A DNA stretch of 64,000 nt from Methylobacillus sp. (GCA_031285185.1 JAITWS010000053.1:26519-90518); one strand, 5' to 3'. Positions 1 to 11,504 are shown, counted from the first letter of the stretch. Notes: generated from the sequence alone by a model not told the origin. Made by a program: numbers and translations.

Positions 1-4
1 GGCG

Positions 5-643
5 GTGTTTCTGGAGATTTTGCCTCATGCGTTTGAGCATTCGGGCGATGTGAAGGCGGTGGCGGCGACGGTGTTGTTCGGCATTTTGCTGTTTTTCGTG
101 CTGGAAAAACTGGTGTTGTGGCGGCATTGTCACGGCGATGATTGCGAAGCTCATGCCGCGCCCGCGCACGATCATGGGCACGACCACGGGCGCAGCGGGC
201 TGATGATTATGATAGGCGACACCTTCCACAATTTCGTGGACGGCATCCTCATCGCGGCGGCGTTTATGACGGATTTCAAGCTGGGCGCGGTGACGGCGCT
301 GGCGATCATCGCGCACGAAATTCCGCAGGAGGTGGGCGATTTTCTTATCCTGCTGCATTCCGGTTACAGCAAGCGTCAGGCGCTGATTTTCAATCTGCTT
401 TCCAGTCTCGCGACGGTGCTGGGCGGCGTGATCGCGTATTTCGCGCTGAGTTTTGTGCAAGGCTGGATTCCGCTCATCCTCGGCCTCGCGGCGGCAAGCA
501 TGATTTATGTCGCGGTCGCCGACCTGATCCCCGGCCTGCACAAACGTCCGGAATTGCGCGCGACGCTGCAACAGGTGACCCTGATCGCGCTCGGCGTTGG
601 CTCAATCTGGCTGACTGAAATTCTGCTCGGGAAGTATGCGTAA
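5..643 (+). CDS. ZIP-family (ZupT-like) divalent metal transporter, 5' end lies upstream of the window
   Basis: Hydrophobic helices, His-rich loop (HCHGDDCEAHAAPAHDHGHDHG), ZIP motifs GDTFHNFVDG and AHEIPQEVGDF. Confidence 0.9.
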   Translation: MFLEILPHAFEHSGDVKAVAATVLFGILLFFVLEKLVLWRHCHGDDCEAHAAPAHDHGHDHGRSGLMIMIGDTFHNFVDGILIAAAFMTDFKLGAVTALAIIAHEIPQEVGDFLILLHSGYSKRQALIFNLLSSLATVLGGVIAYFALSFVQGWIPLILGLAAASMIYVAVADLIPGLHKRPELRATLQQVTLIALGVGSIWLTEILLGKYA

Positions 644-660
644 ATTTTTGCGCGTCGCGC

Positions 661-2085
661 TTAACGCTTGATCGTCAACCGCGCCTCAACGCCGCCTTCA
701 GGCCGGTTTTTCAGCGTGATTTCGCCGCCGTGCAGCGCGGCGATTTCGCGCACGAAGGGGAGACCCAATCCTGTGCTTTTTTGTTGCGTGTCCGGGCGGG
801 GCAGGGAGTAGAAGCGTTCAAAAATGCGGGGGAGGGCGTAGTCGGGGATGCCGCTGCCCTGATCGCTGACGGTGATGACATGCCGTTGCGGTTCTTCTTC
901 ATAACGCAGCGTGATGCGGCCATGTTCGGGCGAAAACGCGATGGCGTTGTCGAGCAGGTTGGAGAGCGCCTGCCGTATCAGGAAAATTTCGCCGTGCGCG
1001 TTCGTGTTGGGCGGAATCGCGTTTTCACAAATCAGCCGATGTTGTTGCAGCAGGGCGGCGTGATCGGCGATCACGGTATCCGCCAGCGCGCGCAAATCCA
1101 TGCGTTCGGGCGCTTCCAGCGCATCGCGGTGTTCCAGCCGCGCGAGCGCGAGTATTTTTTCCAGCATATCCTTGAGGCGGCGGCTTTGTTCGCGGATGTT
1201 GGCGGTGAAGTTCGCGCGATCCTGCGGTGGCAAATTTTCGTCCAGCAGTTCCGCCGAGCCGATGAGCGCCGTGAGCGGGCTTTTCATTTCGTGCGCGAGG
1301 TGATGGACGTAGTTTTCGACATATTCGCGCCCGTCCAGTTTTTCGCGCATTTCGGTGAGCGCGCGCCCGAGTTCGGCGAGTTCGCCGCCGCCAAGATCGG
1401 GCAGTTGCGCCTTGCGTCCCGCGCTGACTTCGCGCGCGTAACGGCGCAGCAGACCGACGGAGCGCGTGAGCCACCAGGTGAACAAGAGGCCGATCAGGAG
1501 CGATCCGCCCATGAGCCACCAACCGGCGCGTTCGATGTTTTGGCGGCTGCGGTCTATGTAAGGTTGCACGCTGAGGGTGGGTTTGGCCACGGTGAGCACG
1601 CCGACCAGCTTGCCGTCGCGCGTGATGGGCGCGGCGACGTGCATCACCGAGGTGCGGTCATTGTCCGGCACATCGCGCGTGCTGCGAACGCCGTAGCGGT
1701 TTTGCAGCGTGAGATAAACATCGTTCCAGCGCGAATAATCCGCGCCGACGGCGGCATGTTGCGAATCGTAGAGCACGATGCCGCGTGCGTCGGTGATGTA
1801 AACGCGCAGATCAACCGCGTTTTTCTTGAAGCTCCAGATTTCGGCGTGGGGATTGCGCGCCTGATAACGCTGAAAAGCTGCGGCGAATCGGGCGGTATCC
1901 AGCTTGCCGGATGTCATATCCTCGGCGGCCAGTTCCGCGAGCAGGTTGGCGGTATCCACCAGCGATTCCTCCATGGTTTGCCGCACGCCGGGCTTGACCT
2001 CCTGCACAAAGCTGTTGAGCACAAACCACGCCGCCAACCCGACGATGAGAAAATATCCCAGCAACAGGCGCAGGCTGATGCTCAT
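661..2085 (-). CDS. creC: Two-component sensor histidine kinase CreC
   Basis: N-terminus [21 protein letters not shown] and VKPGVRQTMEESLVDTANLLA are CreC-like; H-box LAHEMKSPL; N/G boxes NLLDNA, DQGSGIP, STGLGL; overlaps creB by 4 bp. Confidence 0.92.
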   Translation of the reverse strand: MSISLRLLLGYFLIVGLAAWFVLNSFVQEVKPGVRQTMEESLVDTANLLAELAAEDMTSGKLDTARFAAAFQRYQARNPHAEIWSFKKNAVDLRVYITDARGIVLYDSQHAAVGADYSRWNDVYLTLQNRYGVRSTRDVPDNDRTSVMHVAAPITRDGKLVGVLTVAKPTLSVQPYIDRSRQNIERAGWWLMGGSLLIGLLFTWWLTRSVGLLRRYAREVSAGRKAQLPDLGGGELAELGRALTEMREKLDGREYVENYVHHLAHEMKSPLTALIGSAELLDENLPPQDRANFTANIREQSRRLKDMLEKILALARLEHRDALEAPERMDLRALADTVIADHAALLQQHRLICENAIPPNTNAHGEIFLIRQALSNLLDNAIAFSPEHGRITLRYEEEPQRHVITVSDQGSGIPDYALPRIFERFYSLPRPDTQQKSTGLGLPFVREIAALHGGEITLKNRPEGGVEARLTIKR

Positions 2086-2777
2086 GTTTTCCCCGCGTCT
2101 ATGCTGTAACCCATGCCACGGTGCGTGACGATGCGATCTTTTTCTTCATGTATTACTTTAAGTTTAGATCGTAATGTCTTGATATGAGTATCAACTGTTC
2201 GGTCGGAAGTTTCCAGCGCATCGCTCCAGACGCGATCCATTAATTCCTCGCGGCTGTAAATTCGACCGGGGCGTTCGAGCAGGGTTTTGAGCAGCAGATA
2301 TTCGTAACGCGTGAGATCAAGCAAGCTGCCGTGAAAGCGAATACGCCCGCTCTCGGCATCAATTTCAAAGACGGAATCGGAAACAGGCGCGGAAGTCGCC
2401 GCCACCGGCGCAGCCCGCCGCAAGCGCGTCCGCACCCGCGCCACCACCTCGCGCGGCGAAAACGGCTTGGTCACATAATCATCCGCCCCCAGCTCCAGCC
2501 CCACGATGCGATCAATTTCATCCGCCCGCGCCGTGAGGAAAATGATGGGAATATCGGTAAATGTCCGCGCCTCGCGGCACACATCAAACCCGCTCATATC
2601 CGGCAGCCCGACATCCAGAATCGCCAAGGCATGACCGCCGCCGCGCAACGCCTCCAACCCCGCGCGCCCCAAGGTGCAATGCTGCGGCAGATAGCCCTCG
2701 CTTTTAAGCGTGTAAATCAGGGTATCCGCAATCGCGGGTTCGTCTTCGATGATGAGAATGGAAGCGGGCATAGTCAT
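2082..2777 (-). CDS. creB: OmpR-family response regulator CreB
   Basis: Receiver domain ([25 protein letters not shown]) plus winged helix ([15 protein letters not shown]); coupled to creC. Confidence 0.9.
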   Translation of the reverse strand: MTMPASILIIEDEPAIADTLIYTLKSEGYLPQHCTLGRAGLEALRGGGHALAILDVGLPDMSGFDVCREARTFTDIPIIFLTARADEIDRIVGLELGADDYVTKPFSPREVVARVRTRLRRAAPVAATSAPVSDSVFEIDAESGRIRFHGSLLDLTRYEYLLLKTLLERPGRIYSREELMDRVWSDALETSDRTVDTHIKTLRSKLKVIHEEKDRIVTHRGMGYSIDAGKT

Positions 2778-3349
2778 ATGACCGCAACGCCCTCATTCCG
2801 CAACATGGAAACCAGCGCGATCAACGGCAAGCCGATCAGCGCATTCGGATCGTCGCCGCGCATATACTCCATAAGCGCAATCCCCAATCCCTCGGATTTT
2901 GCGCTCCCGGCGCAATGGTAAGGCTGTTCCAGACGCAGATAATTTTCGATCTGCGCGTCCGTAAGCGGACGAAATTTCACCTCATAAACAACATCTTCGG
3001 CCTGCATATGCTCGGTCGCTGCGTTATAAAGACAAAGCGCGCTATGGAACAACACGCAGCGACCGCGCATCAGCGCAAGCTGGCGCACGGCATTTTCATG
3101 CGTCAACGGCTTGCCAAGCTGCGCCCCATCCAGCGTGGCGACCTGATCGCAACCGATAACAAGCGCATCGGAATGATCCTGCCCCACCTTGCGCGCCTTG
3201 GCCTGAGCAAGCCGCAACGCGGTCTGCTCGGGAACCTCGCCCGACAAAGGCGATTCATCCACATCCGGCACAACAACATCAAACGGCAACCCCAGCCGCC
3301 CCAGCAATTCGCGGCGATAGACGGAGGAGGAGGCGAGGATGAGTTTCAT
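2774..3349 (-). CDS. yceF: Maf-family nucleotide pyrophosphatase, YceF (m7GTP) subtype
   Basis: [44 protein letters not shown]. Confidence 0.9.
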   Translation of the reverse strand: MKLILASSSVYRRELLGRLGLPFDVVVPDVDESPLSGEVPEQTALRLAQAKARKVGQDHSDALVIGCDQVATLDGAQLGKPLTHENAVRQLALMRGRCVLFHSALCLYNAATEHMQAEDVVYEVKFRPLTDAQIENYLRLEQPYHCAGSAKSEGLGIALMEYMRGDDPNALIGLPLIALVSMLRNEGVAVI

Positions 3350-3360
3350 AAGAGCGACAA

Positions 3361-3708
3361 TTATCCCTGATCGGCAAGAAACCCAATACCGCGTTTCTTT
3401 TTTTCAGGCAGAACGCTGGAAAGCATGGCAACGCCTTGTTCGGTAAAAGCATACGGCAATTTTCGAATACCTCCCCAACTTGAAGTCACAAATTGTGATT
3501 TCAAGTTACGCCACTCCTGTTCGGAAATCTGGAACATGAAGTCATCAGGAAAGTGTTCGATATTCCGACTCACCGCCTGCATTAAAGCCCGATGCTCAAC
3601 ACCATAGAGCGCTGCCAAATCCGTGCCGAGAAAAATTTTCTGCCCGCGCACAACAAGTATGAGACTTGCCAGATGCTCCGAAGACACAGAAGAAGGCGTG
3701 GTTGTCAT
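3361..3708 (-). CDS. ORF6N-domain DNA-binding protein, apparently internally deleted
   Basis: ORF6N signature [19 protein letters not shown]...[15 protein letters not shown]...[16 protein letters not shown], joined directly to a KKRxIGF-type tail; only 115 aa. Confidence 0.8.
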   Translation of the reverse strand: MTTTPSSVSSEHLASLILVVRGQKIFLGTDLAALYGVEHRALMQAVSRNIEHFPDDFMFQISEQEWRNLKSQFVTSSWGGIRKLPYAFTEQGVAMLSSVLPEKKKRGIGFLADQG

Positions 3709-3734
3709 CAGGAGAACCCAATAATAGGCATGGA

Positions 3735-5573
3735 TTATTGAATTTCAACCAGCGTTTCATCCGGTCTCACGCTGTCGCCTTTTTTGACGTGTACGGCGAC
3801 GACGATGCCGCCTTTGGCGGCCTGGATTTCGTTTTCCATTTTCATGGCTTCGATGACGAGTACGCCGTCTCCTGCGTTGACTTTGTCGCCGGTTTTGACT
3901 TTGACGTCCACGATGGTTCCGGGCATGGCGGTGGTTACGCAGCCTTCGTGCGAGGGGCGCGGACGGGCGGTGTCGTCGGTGTTGGCGGCTTTTTTCTTGG
4001 CGCCGCCGTTGCCTTTGCCGCCGGAGACTTCGACTTCGCTCAGGGTTTCGACGATGACTTCTTCGGAGATGCCGTCCACGGAGACGTAGAACGGGCGTTG
4101 TTCTTCGCCCGGGTGTCCGCTGCCGGTGAGTTTGATGTGGAAGGTTTCGCCGTGCAGCGTGACTTTAAATTCGTTGGGCGCGTAGCGCGCGGCGGAGGTT
4201 TGCGCGGCTTCTTTGGGCAGCAGTTGTTCCGGCTTGAGCGTGCCTGCGTTGCGTTCCTGCAAAAAGGTTTGCGCGAGGTCGGGGAACATGGCGTAGGTCA
4301 GCACGTCCTCGTCGCTTTTGGCGAGGTTTTCGATCTGGATGCGGAGCTTGTCCATCTCGTTTTCCAGCAGGTCGGCGGGGCGGCAGGTGATGACTTCGGC
4401 ATTGCCGACGGCGATGCTTTTCACTTCGCCGTTGATCGCGCCGGGCGCTTTTCCGTAGTGGCCGAGCAGGTAGTTTTTGACTTCGGTGGTGACCGATTTG
4501 TAGCGCGCGCCGGTGAGGATGTTGAGCACGGCTTGCGTGCCGACGATTTGCGAGGTCGGCGTGACCAGCGGCGGGTAACCCAGGTCTTCACGCACACGCG
4601 GGATTTCGGCGAGCACCGCGTCCATCTTGTCCAGCGCGCCTTGTTCCTTGAGCTGGTTGGAGAGGTTGGAGATCATGCCGCCCGGAACTTGATTGACGAG
4701 CACGCGGGTATCCACGCCGGTGAAATCGCTTTCAAATTGCCAGTATTTTTTGCGAACTTCGCGGAAATATGCGTTAACTTCCTGAATCGCGGCGAGATCG
4801 AGGCCGGTGTCGTATGACGTGCCTTGCAGCGCGGCGACGATGCTTTCGGTCGAGGTGTGGCTCGCGCCTTCGCCAAAGGCGGAAACGCAGGTGTCGAGTA
4901 TGGTCGCGCCCGCTTCCACGCCTTCGAGGAAGCACATCGCGGAAAGGCCGGAGGTGGCGTGGCTGTGCAGATGCACCGGAATGTTGATCGCGGCCTTGAG
5001 CGCCTTGACCAAATCCCGGGTGGCGTAAGGGCGCAGCAGACCGGCCATATCCTTGATCGCAAGCGTGTCGCAGCCCATGGTTTCCAACTCTTTGGCGAGA
5101 CCAACGAAATAGGCGATGTCGTGCACGGGGCTGGTGGTGTAGCTGATGCAGCCTTCGGCGTGTTTGCCGACTTTTTTGACGGCTTCGACCGAGACGCGCA
5201 CATTGCGGAGATCGTTCATCGCGTCAAAAATGCGGAACACATCCACGCCGTTGTTGGCGGATTTTTCGACGAAGGCGCGCACCACGTCGTCGGAATAGTG
5301 GCGGTAGCCGAGCAGGTTCTGGCCGCGCAGCAGCATCTGGATGCGACTGTTGGGCAGTGCCTTGCGGAGCTTTTTGAGGCGCTCCCACGGGTCTTCTTTC
5401 AGATAGCGCACACAGGCGTCGAACGTCGCGCCGCCCCAGGCTTCCAGCGACCAAAAGCCGATGGAATCAAGCTTGGCGCAGATCGGCAGCATGTCGTCGG
5501 TTCTCATGCGCGTGGCGATCAGGGATTGATGTCCGTCACGCAAAACTAATTCTGAAACATATACTTGTGCCAT
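3735..5573 (-). CDS. pycB: Pyruvate carboxylase beta subunit (carboxyltransferase + biotin carrier; OadA-like)
   Basis: [20 protein letters not shown] metal site, [13 protein letters not shown], biotin motif EAMKM; follows a biotin carboxylase gene with no oadB/oadG nearby. Confidence 0.85.
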   Translation of the reverse strand: MAQVYVSELVLRDGHQSLIATRMRTDDMLPICAKLDSIGFWSLEAWGGATFDACVRYLKEDPWERLKKLRKALPNSRIQMLLRGQNLLGYRHYSDDVVRAFVEKSANNGVDVFRIFDAMNDLRNVRVSVEAVKKVGKHAEGCISYTTSPVHDIAYFVGLAKELETMGCDTLAIKDMAGLLRPYATRDLVKALKAAINIPVHLHSHATSGLSAMCFLEGVEAGATILDTCVSAFGEGASHTSTESIVAALQGTSYDTGLDLAAIQEVNAYFREVRKKYWQFESDFTGVDTRVLVNQVPGGMISNLSNQLKEQGALDKMDAVLAEIPRVREDLGYPPLVTPTSQIVGTQAVLNILTGARYKSVTTEVKNYLLGHYGKAPGAINGEVKSIAVGNAEVITCRPADLLENEMDKLRIQIENLAKSDEDVLTYAMFPDLAQTFLQERNAGTLKPEQLLPKEAAQTSAARYAPNEFKVTLHGETFHIKLTGSGHPGEEQRPFYVSVDGISEEVIVETLSEVEVSGGKGNGGAKKKAANTDDTARPRPSHEGCVTTAMPGTIVDVKVKTGDKVNAGDGVLVIEAMKMENEIQAAKGGIVVAVHVKKGDSVRPDETLVEIQ

Positions 5574-5600
5574 AATCTTAATGTATCACTTTAAAATTAA

Positions 5601-7019
5601 TCAAATGCCTTCATGCGCCGCGATGGCCGCTGAAATTGCCGCCGCGAACAGTTCGGGCGGTAGCTCAGTCTCATAATTCACAAGTTCGGGATGCGCTTCG
5701 ACAAAGCTGGTGTCGAAGTTGGCATCCTTGAAATCCTTGTGTTTGAGAATTTCCTGATAATACGGGATGGTGGTTTTCACACCATACACCACCATGTCGT
5801 TGAGCGCGCGCCGACCGCGTTCCACCACGCCTTCCCAGGTCAGCGCCCAGACCGTGAGTTTGGCGCACATGGAATCGTAATAGGGCGGAATCACATAGCC
5901 GCTGTACATGGCCGCATCCACGCGCACGCCGGGGCCGCCGGGGGCGTAATAGCGGGTGATTTTGCCGAAACTCGGCAAAAAACTGTTTTTCGGGTCTTCG
6001 GCATTGATGCGAAACTCCATCGCATAACCGCGAAAGCCGACATTCTGCTGTTTGTATTGCAGCGGCAAGCCGTCGGCGATGCGGATTTGCTCCTGCACGA
6101 TGTCTATGCCGGTGATGCTTTCCGTGACGGTGTGCTCCACTTGCAGGCGCGTGTTCATTTCCATGAAATAGAAATTGTTGTCCTGATCGAGCAGAAATTC
6201 GATGGTTCCCGCGTTTTTGTAGCCCACGGCCTTGGCCGCCTTGACCGCGAGCTTGCCGATGTAATCGCGCTGTGCCTGCGTCAACTGCGGCGAGGGGGCG
6301 ATTTCGATGAGCTTCTGGTTGCGGCGCTGGATTGAGCAATCGCGCTCGAACAAATGAATCGCGTGGCCGTGGCTGTCCGCGAGCACCTGCACCTCGATAT
6401 GGCGCGGGTTGACCACGCATTTTTCGAGAAAAACTTCGGGTTTGCCAAAGGCTTTGCTGGCTTCGGAAATCACGCGTTCGTAATTGCCGAGCAGGTCTTT
6501 TTCGCTGTTGCAACGGCGTATGCCGCGTCCGCCGCCGCCGTTGGTGGCCTTGAGCATGACGGGATAACCGATTTTTTTGGCGAGCGCGATCGCTTGTTCG
6601 ATATTTTCGAGATTGCCATCGCTGCCCGGCACACAGGGAATCCCGGCGGCAATCATCGCGTTGCGCGCCTGGATTTTGTCGCCCATCTGACGGATGACTT
6701 TGGCATCCGGGCCGATGAACTTGATGCCGCGCCGCGCGCAGATTTCCGCGAGTTCCGGGTTTTCCGACAGAAAGCCGTAGCCCGGATGCACCGCGTCGCA
6801 ACCGGAGGCGACCGCCAGATTCACGATATTGTGCGCGTTCAAATAGCCGACAACCGGATCGGAGCCGATGTTATAGGCTTCGTCCGCCTTTTTGACGTGC
6901 AGGGCGTGCCTGTCCGCATCGGTATAAATGGCGACCGAGCCTATGCCCATTTCCGAGCAGGCGCGAACGATGCGGACGGCGATTTCGCCGCGATTGGCCA
7001 CGAGGATTTTCTTGATCAC
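5601..7019 (-). CDS. pycA: Pyruvate carboxylase alpha subunit (biotin carboxylase)
   Basis: KKILVANRGEIAVR, HPGYGFLSEN, GGGGRG, RDCSIQRRNQK, EMNTRLQVEH, YYDSM; GTG start. Confidence 0.85.
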   Translation of the reverse strand: MIKKILVANRGEIAVRIVRACSEMGIGSVAIYTDADRHALHVKKADEAYNIGSDPVVGYLNAHNIVNLAVASGCDAVHPGYGFLSENPELAEICARRGIKFIGPDAKVIRQMGDKIQARNAMIAAGIPCVPGSDGNLENIEQAIALAKKIGYPVMLKATNGGGGRGIRRCNSEKDLLGNYERVISEASKAFGKPEVFLEKCVVNPRHIEVQVLADSHGHAIHLFERDCSIQRRNQKLIEIAPSPQLTQAQRDYIGKLAVKAAKAVGYKNAGTIEFLLDQDNNFYFMEMNTRLQVEHTVTESITGIDIVQEQIRIADGLPLQYKQQNVGFRGYAMEFRINAEDPKNSFLPSFGKITRYYAPGGPGVRVDAAMYSGYVIPPYYDSMCAKLTVWALTWEGVVERGRRALNDMVVYGVKTTIPYYQEILKHKDFKDANFDTSFVEAHPELVNYETELPPELFAAAISAAIAAHEGI

Positions 7020-7035
7020 TGGGGAGACCCGATTT

Positions 7036-7064
7036 TTGACACAAAAACCCGCGAACTATACCAT
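7036..7064 (+). promoter_or_regulatory. Predicted sigma70 promoter of the yceD-rpmF-plsX-fab operon
   Basis: TTGACA (7036-7041), 17-bp spacer, TACCAT (7059-7064), 9 nt before the yceD ATG. Confidence 0.5.
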
Positions 7065-7073
7065 GCGCGACCT

Positions 7074-7583
7074 ATGACTGACCATACCACTCTTGATGCA
7101 CTCGACTTCGCGCGGAAATCCGGCGAAATTCGTGATACAATCGCGCCCTTCGATTTTTCCAGACTGCGCGACCAGCTTTTTTCGCCAAACGGAAAAGTGC
7201 ATTACCGCTTGACCGGCGGACGCAGCGCGCAGGGGCATCCCCAATTGACGCTGCATCTTTCCGGCAAGCTCGAACTGGTTTGCCAGCGTTGCCTCGGGGC
7301 GCTGGAATTTGAACTGGATCACGATGCGGTGTTTTTTCTCGTGGCGGATGAAAACCATCTGCCGCCGCCGGAAGACGAGCGCGATGATGTCGAATATCTC
7401 GTTGCCGATGCGCCGCTTGATGTGGCCGGGCTGGTGGAAGACGAGGTGTTGCTGAGTCTGCCGCTCGCCCCCGCGCACGGGGATGCGAATTGCAATGCCG
7501 CGCTGCAAACGGCGCAAGAACAAAAAGAAAGTCCTTTCAAAGTGTTGCAAGGGCTCGTATTAAACAAAGACCGAAACTTTTAG
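7074..7583 (+). CDS. yceD: YceD / DUF177 23S rRNA accumulation protein
   Basis: [26 protein letters not shown]; immediately upstream of rpmF. True start taken as ATG 7074 rather than the ORF-track start at 6354. Confidence 0.9.
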   Translation: MTDHTTLDALDFARKSGEIRDTIAPFDFSRLRDQLFSPNGKVHYRLTGGRSAQGHPQLTLHLSGKLELVCQRCLGALEFELDHDAVFFLVADENHLPPPEDERDDVEYLVADAPLDVAGLVEDEVLLSLPLAPAHGDANCNAALQTAQEQKESPFKVLQGLVLNKDRNF

Positions 7584-7593
7584 GAGTAACGAA

Positions 7594-7773
7594 ATGGCTG
7601 TTCAACAAAATAAAAAGTCGCCGTCGAAACGCGGTATGCACCGCGCGCACGACTTTCTGACCAATCCGCCGCTGGCCGTCGAAAAGACCACCGGCGAAAT
7701 CCATCTGCGCCACCATGTCAGCCCCAACGGTTACTATCGTGGCCGTCAGGTGCTGCCCGCCAAGGGCGAGTAA
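7594..7773 (+). CDS. rpmF: 50S ribosomal protein L32 (Cys-free form)
   Basis: Not in the ORF track; translates to [59 protein letters not shown]; RBS AGGAG. Confidence 0.97.
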   Translation: MAVQQNKKSPSKRGMHRAHDFLTNPPLAVEKTTGEIHLRHHVSPNGYYRGRQVLPAKGE

Positions 7774-7827
7774 GTTTCATAACCGAAGCAGATACGCCGT
7801 GCCTTGATCGGGTGCGGCGTTTTGTTT

Positions 7828-8862
7828 ATGGAAATTACCGTCGCCATTGACGCCATGGGGGGCGACCACGGTCCCCGTGTCACCGTGCCCGCCGCGCTCG
7901 AAGCGTTGCGGCAGCATGACGATATCCACATCATACTGGTCGGTCTGACCGACGCCATAGAAGCCGAATTGCGCGCTTGCAAGGCGGCGGTCGGCGCGCG
8001 TCTTCGCATCCATCACGCGAGCGAAGTGGTGGAAATGGATGAAGCCCCGCAAAGCGCGTTACGCAACAAAAAAGATTCGTCCATGCGCGTGGCGATTGAT
8101 CTCGTCAAAAGCGGCGAGGCCAACGCCTGCGTGAGCGCCGGAAACACCGGCGCACTTATGGCGACCGCGCGTTTCGTGCTGAAAATGCTGCCCGGCATTG
8201 AGCGCCCCGCGATCGCCACCGCCATGCCCACGCAAAAGGGCGGCGAGGTGTATATGCTGGATTTGGGCGCGAATGTGGATTGCACGCCCGATCATCTGCT
8301 GCAATTCGCCATCATGGGCGCGATGCTGGTCTCCTGCGTGCAGCACAAGGAAAGCCCGGTCGTGGGGCTGCTCAATATCGGCTCGGAAGAAATCAAAGGC
8401 AACGAAGTGGTGAAAGAGGCGGGCGCGTTGCTGCGCGCGAGCCATCTCAATTTTTGCGGCAACGTGGAAGGCGGCGACATTTACAAAGGCGAAGTGGATG
8501 TCATCGTGTGCGACGGCTTTGTCGGCAATGTCGCGCTCAAAACTTCCGAAGGTCTGGCGCAAGTGTTGTATTACCTCCTGAGCGCCGAATTCAAACGCAA
8601 CTGGCTGACCAAATTGAGCGCAATTGCCGCTCTGCCGGTGCTGCTCGCGTTCAAGCGCCGCATGGATCCGCGCCGCTACAACGGCGCGTCGCTGCTCGGT
8701 TTGCGCGGCATCGTGGTCAAAAGTCACGGCGGCGCGGACAGTTTTTCCTATCACCACGCCATCGCCGCCGCCGTTGAGGAAGCGCGCAGCGGCGTGCTGG
8801 AGCGTATCACCGCGCAACTCGAAATCGAACACATCCGCGCAACCGCGGAGGCCGACGAATGA
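7828..8862 (+). CDS. plsX: Phosphate acyltransferase PlsX
   Basis: [49 protein letters not shown]. Confidence 0.96.
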   Translation: MEITVAIDAMGGDHGPRVTVPAALEALRQHDDIHIILVGLTDAIEAELRACKAAVGARLRIHHASEVVEMDEAPQSALRNKKDSSMRVAIDLVKSGEANACVSAGNTGALMATARFVLKMLPGIERPAIATAMPTQKGGEVYMLDLGANVDCTPDHLLQFAIMGAMLVSCVQHKESPVVGLLNIGSEEIKGNEVVKEAGALLRASHLNFCGNVEGGDIYKGEVDVIVCDGFVGNVALKTSEGLAQVLYYLLSAEFKRNWLTKLSAIAALPVLLAFKRRMDPRRYNGASLLGLRGIVVKSHGGADSFSYHHAIAAAVEEARSGVLERITAQLEIEHIRATAEADE

Positions 8863-9812
8863 CGCATGCGCGCATCGCCGGAACCGGCAGTTATCTGCCC
8901 GCCAAAGTGCTCACCAACGCCGATCTCGCGCGCATGGTGGAAACTTCCGACGAATGGATCGTCGCGCGCACGGGCATACGCGAACGGCATATCGCGGCGG
9001 AAGGCGAATTTACCAGCGATCTCGCCGAGAAAGCCGCGCGCGCGGCGATGCAAGCGGCCAATGTCGCCGCGCAGGAAATTGATCTCATCATTGTCGCCAC
9101 CACCACGCCCGACCGCATTTTTCCGAGCGTCGCCTGTTTGCTGCAAGCCCGGCTGGGCATTTCCGGTCCGCCCGCGTTTGACGTGCAGGCGGTGTGCAGC
9201 GGCTTTATCTACGCGCTCGCCACGGCGGATCAGTTCATCAAAAACGGCGCGGCCAAATGCGCGCTGGTCGTGGGCGCGGAAACCATTTCGCGCATCACCG
9301 ACTGGACGGATCGCAGCAACTGCATACTTTGGGGCGATGGCGCGGGCGCGGTGATTCTCCGCGCGGACGACGCAGCGGGCATCATCTCCACGCATCTCCA
9401 CGCCGACGGCAGCCATGCGCGATTGTTGCAGGTCGCGGGCGGACCGATGCAGGATGGCAGCGATCCCGCGATCAAAATGGAAGGCAACGCCGTATTCAAA
9501 ATCGCCGTGAACACGCTGGACGCGATCGTGGACGAAACGCTCGCCGCCAACGGCATGAGCAAGAGCGACGTGGATTGGCTGGTTCCGCATCAGGCCAATA
9601 TCCGCATCATTTCCGCCACCGCGAAAAAACTCGGCATGGGCATGGAGCGCGTGGTCGTCACCGTGGGCGAACACGGCAATACCTCGGCGGCCTCGATCCC
9701 GCTCGCGCTGGATACTGCCGTGCGCGACGGACGCATCAAACGCGGCGAAATCCTGTTGATGGAAGCCTTCGGCGGCGGCTTCACCTGGGGTTCCGCCCTG
9801 ATTAAATACTAG
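8859..9812 (+). CDS. fabH: 3-oxoacyl-ACP synthase III
   Basis: [32 protein letters not shown]. Confidence 0.96.
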   Translation: MTHARIAGTGSYLPAKVLTNADLARMVETSDEWIVARTGIRERHIAAEGEFTSDLAEKAARAAMQAANVAAQEIDLIIVATTTPDRIFPSVACLLQARLGISGPPAFDVQAVCSGFIYALATADQFIKNGAAKCALVVGAETISRITDWTDRSNCILWGDGAGAVILRADDAAGIISTHLHADGSHARLLQVAGGPMQDGSDPAIKMEGNAVFKIAVNTLDAIVDETLAANGMSKSDVDWLVPHQANIRIISATAKKLGMGMERVVVTVGEHGNTSAASIPLALDTAVRDGRIKRGEILLMEAFGGGFTWGSALIKY

Positions 9813-9821
9813 GATGGATTT

Positions 9822-10751
9822 ATGAAATTCGCTTTTTTCTTCCCCGGTCAGGGTTCGCAGTCGGTCGGCATGATGCAGGGTTTCGGCGATCAGGCCGTGG
9901 TGCGCGACACGTTCGCGGAAGCCTCCGATGTGCTCAAGCAGGATTTGTGGCGCATGGCGACCGAGGCCAACGAGGAACTCAACCAGACCGCGAATACCCA
10001 ACCGCTCATGCTGACCGCGGGCATTGCCGCGTGGCGCGCATGGCTGGAGGCGGGCGGAGCGCAGCCGAACATCATGGCGGGACACAGTTTGGGCGAATAT
10101 ACCGCGCTCGTCGCTGCGGGCGCGCTGGAATTTTCCGCCGCTTTGCCGCTGGTGCGTTATCGCGCCGAAGCGATGCAGGGCGCGGTGGCCGAAGGCGTGG
10201 GCGCGATGGCGGCCATTCTCGGGCTGGACGATGACGCGGTGCGCGCTGTGTGCGCCGAATCCGCGCAGGGCGAAGTGCTCGAAGCCGTCAATTTCAATTC
10301 GCCGGGGCAGGTGGTGATCGCGGGCGACAAGGCCGCGGTCGAACGCGGCATGGAAGCCGCCAAAGCCCGGGGCGCGAAACGCGCGTTGATCCTGCCGGTG
10401 AGCGTGCCGTCGCACTGCGCGCTGATGAAACCCGCCGCCGAAAAATTGGCGGCGTATTTGGCCGATGTCACGATTTCCGCGCCCGCGATTCCGGTGTTGC
10501 ATAATGCGGATGTCTGTTCCTACAATGATGCCGACAAGATCAAAGACGCGCTGGCGCGCCAGCTTCACAGCCCGGTGCGCTGGGTGGAAACAGTGCTGGC
10601 CGTGGCCGCGCAAGGCATCAACCACGCGGCGGAATGCGGGCCGGGCAAGGTGCTCGCGGGGCTGAACAAACGCATCGTCGCGGATATGACGTGTTTCGCG
10701 CTGACCGGCAATGATGCGGTCGCGGAAGCCAAAAACCAACTCAAGGCATAA
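9822..10751 (+). CDS. fabD: Malonyl-CoA:ACP transacylase
   Basis: FFFPGQGSQ, GHSLGEY, VSVPSHC. Confidence 0.97.
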   Translation: MKFAFFFPGQGSQSVGMMQGFGDQAVVRDTFAEASDVLKQDLWRMATEANEELNQTANTQPLMLTAGIAAWRAWLEAGGAQPNIMAGHSLGEYTALVAAGALEFSAALPLVRYRAEAMQGAVAEGVGAMAAILGLDDDAVRAVCAESAQGEVLEAVNFNSPGQVVIAGDKAAVERGMEAAKARGAKRALILPVSVPSHCALMKPAAEKLAAYLADVTISAPAIPVLHNADVCSYNDADKIKDALARQLHSPVRWVETVLAVAAQGINHAAECGPGKVLAGLNKRIVADMTCFALTGNDAVAEAKNQLKA

Positions 10752-10760
10752 AGGAACATC

Positions 10761-11498
10761 ATGCAAGATCAAATCGCGCTCATCACGGGAGCCAGTCGCG
10801 GCATAGGTGCTGCCATCGCCCAAACGCTGGGCAAGCAGGGCGCGGTCGTCATCGGCACGGCGACCACGCAAAACGGCGCGGATCAAATCAGCGCCGCCTT
10901 GCAACAAGCCGGGATCAAGGGAAGCGGCATGGCGCTTGACGTGAACGACGCGACGCAAGTCGAAGCCGTGCTGAAACAGATCGCGGAACAATTCGGCGAC
11001 ATCACCATCCTCGTCAACAACGCCGGCGTGACGCGCGACACCTTGCTCATGCGGATGAAGGAAGAGGATTGGGATGCGGTGCTGGACACCAATCTCAAAT
11101 CGGTCTGGCGCATGTCGCAAGCCGTGCTGCGCCCCATGATGAAGGCGCGTTACGGGCGCATCGTCAACATTTCCTCCGTCGTCGGACACTCCGGCAATGC
11201 GGGGCAAACCAACTATTGCGCCGCCAAGGCGGGCATGACCGGCTTCACCAAATCGCTCGCGCAGGAAGTCGGCAGCCGCGGCATCACCGTCAACTGCGTG
11301 GCGCCGGGTTTCATAGATACCGACATGACCAAAGACTTGCCGGAAGAACAGCGCGCGCGCTTGCTGCAACAAATTCCGCTCGGTCGCCTCGGCGCGGCGG
11401 AAGACATCGCGGCGGCTGTGGCCTTCCTCGCATCGCCTTCCGCCGCCTACATTTCCGGCGAAACATTGCACGTCAACGGCGGTATGTATATGGCCTAA
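10761..11498 (+). CDS. fabG: 3-oxoacyl-ACP reductase
   Basis: [29 protein letters not shown]. Confidence 0.97.
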   Translation: MQDQIALITGASRGIGAAIAQTLGKQGAVVIGTATTQNGADQISAALQQAGIKGSGMALDVNDATQVEAVLKQIAEQFGDITILVNNAGVTRDTLLMRMKEEDWDAVLDTNLKSVWRMSQAVLRPMMKARYGRIVNISSVVGHSGNAGQTNYCAAKAGMTGFTKSLAQEVGSRGITVNCVAPGFIDTDMTKDLPEEQRARLLQQIPLGRLGAAEDIAAAVAFLASPSAAYISGETLHVNGGMYMA

Positions 11499-11504
11499 GT
11501 ATTC

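Noticed and set aside
3735-5573. Calling this gene oadA (Na+-pumping oxaloacetate decarboxylase)
   Set aside because: No oadB or oadG membrane subunits are present, and the adjacent biotin carboxylase fits a two-subunit pyruvate carboxylase.
6354-7073. Long 5' extension of yceD in the ORF track
   Set aside because: It overlaps pycA on the opposite strand; YceD similarity and a promoter support the start at 7074.
8751-11471. 906-aa minus-strand ORF; similarly long ORFs at 28405-30360 (+), 38518-40344 (-), 50792-52978 (-) and 53705-56770 (-)
   Set aside because: They are antisense shadows of well-conserved genes (fabHDG, glnD, bamA, narK2, narG) in GC-rich DNA, with no motifs or RBS of their own.
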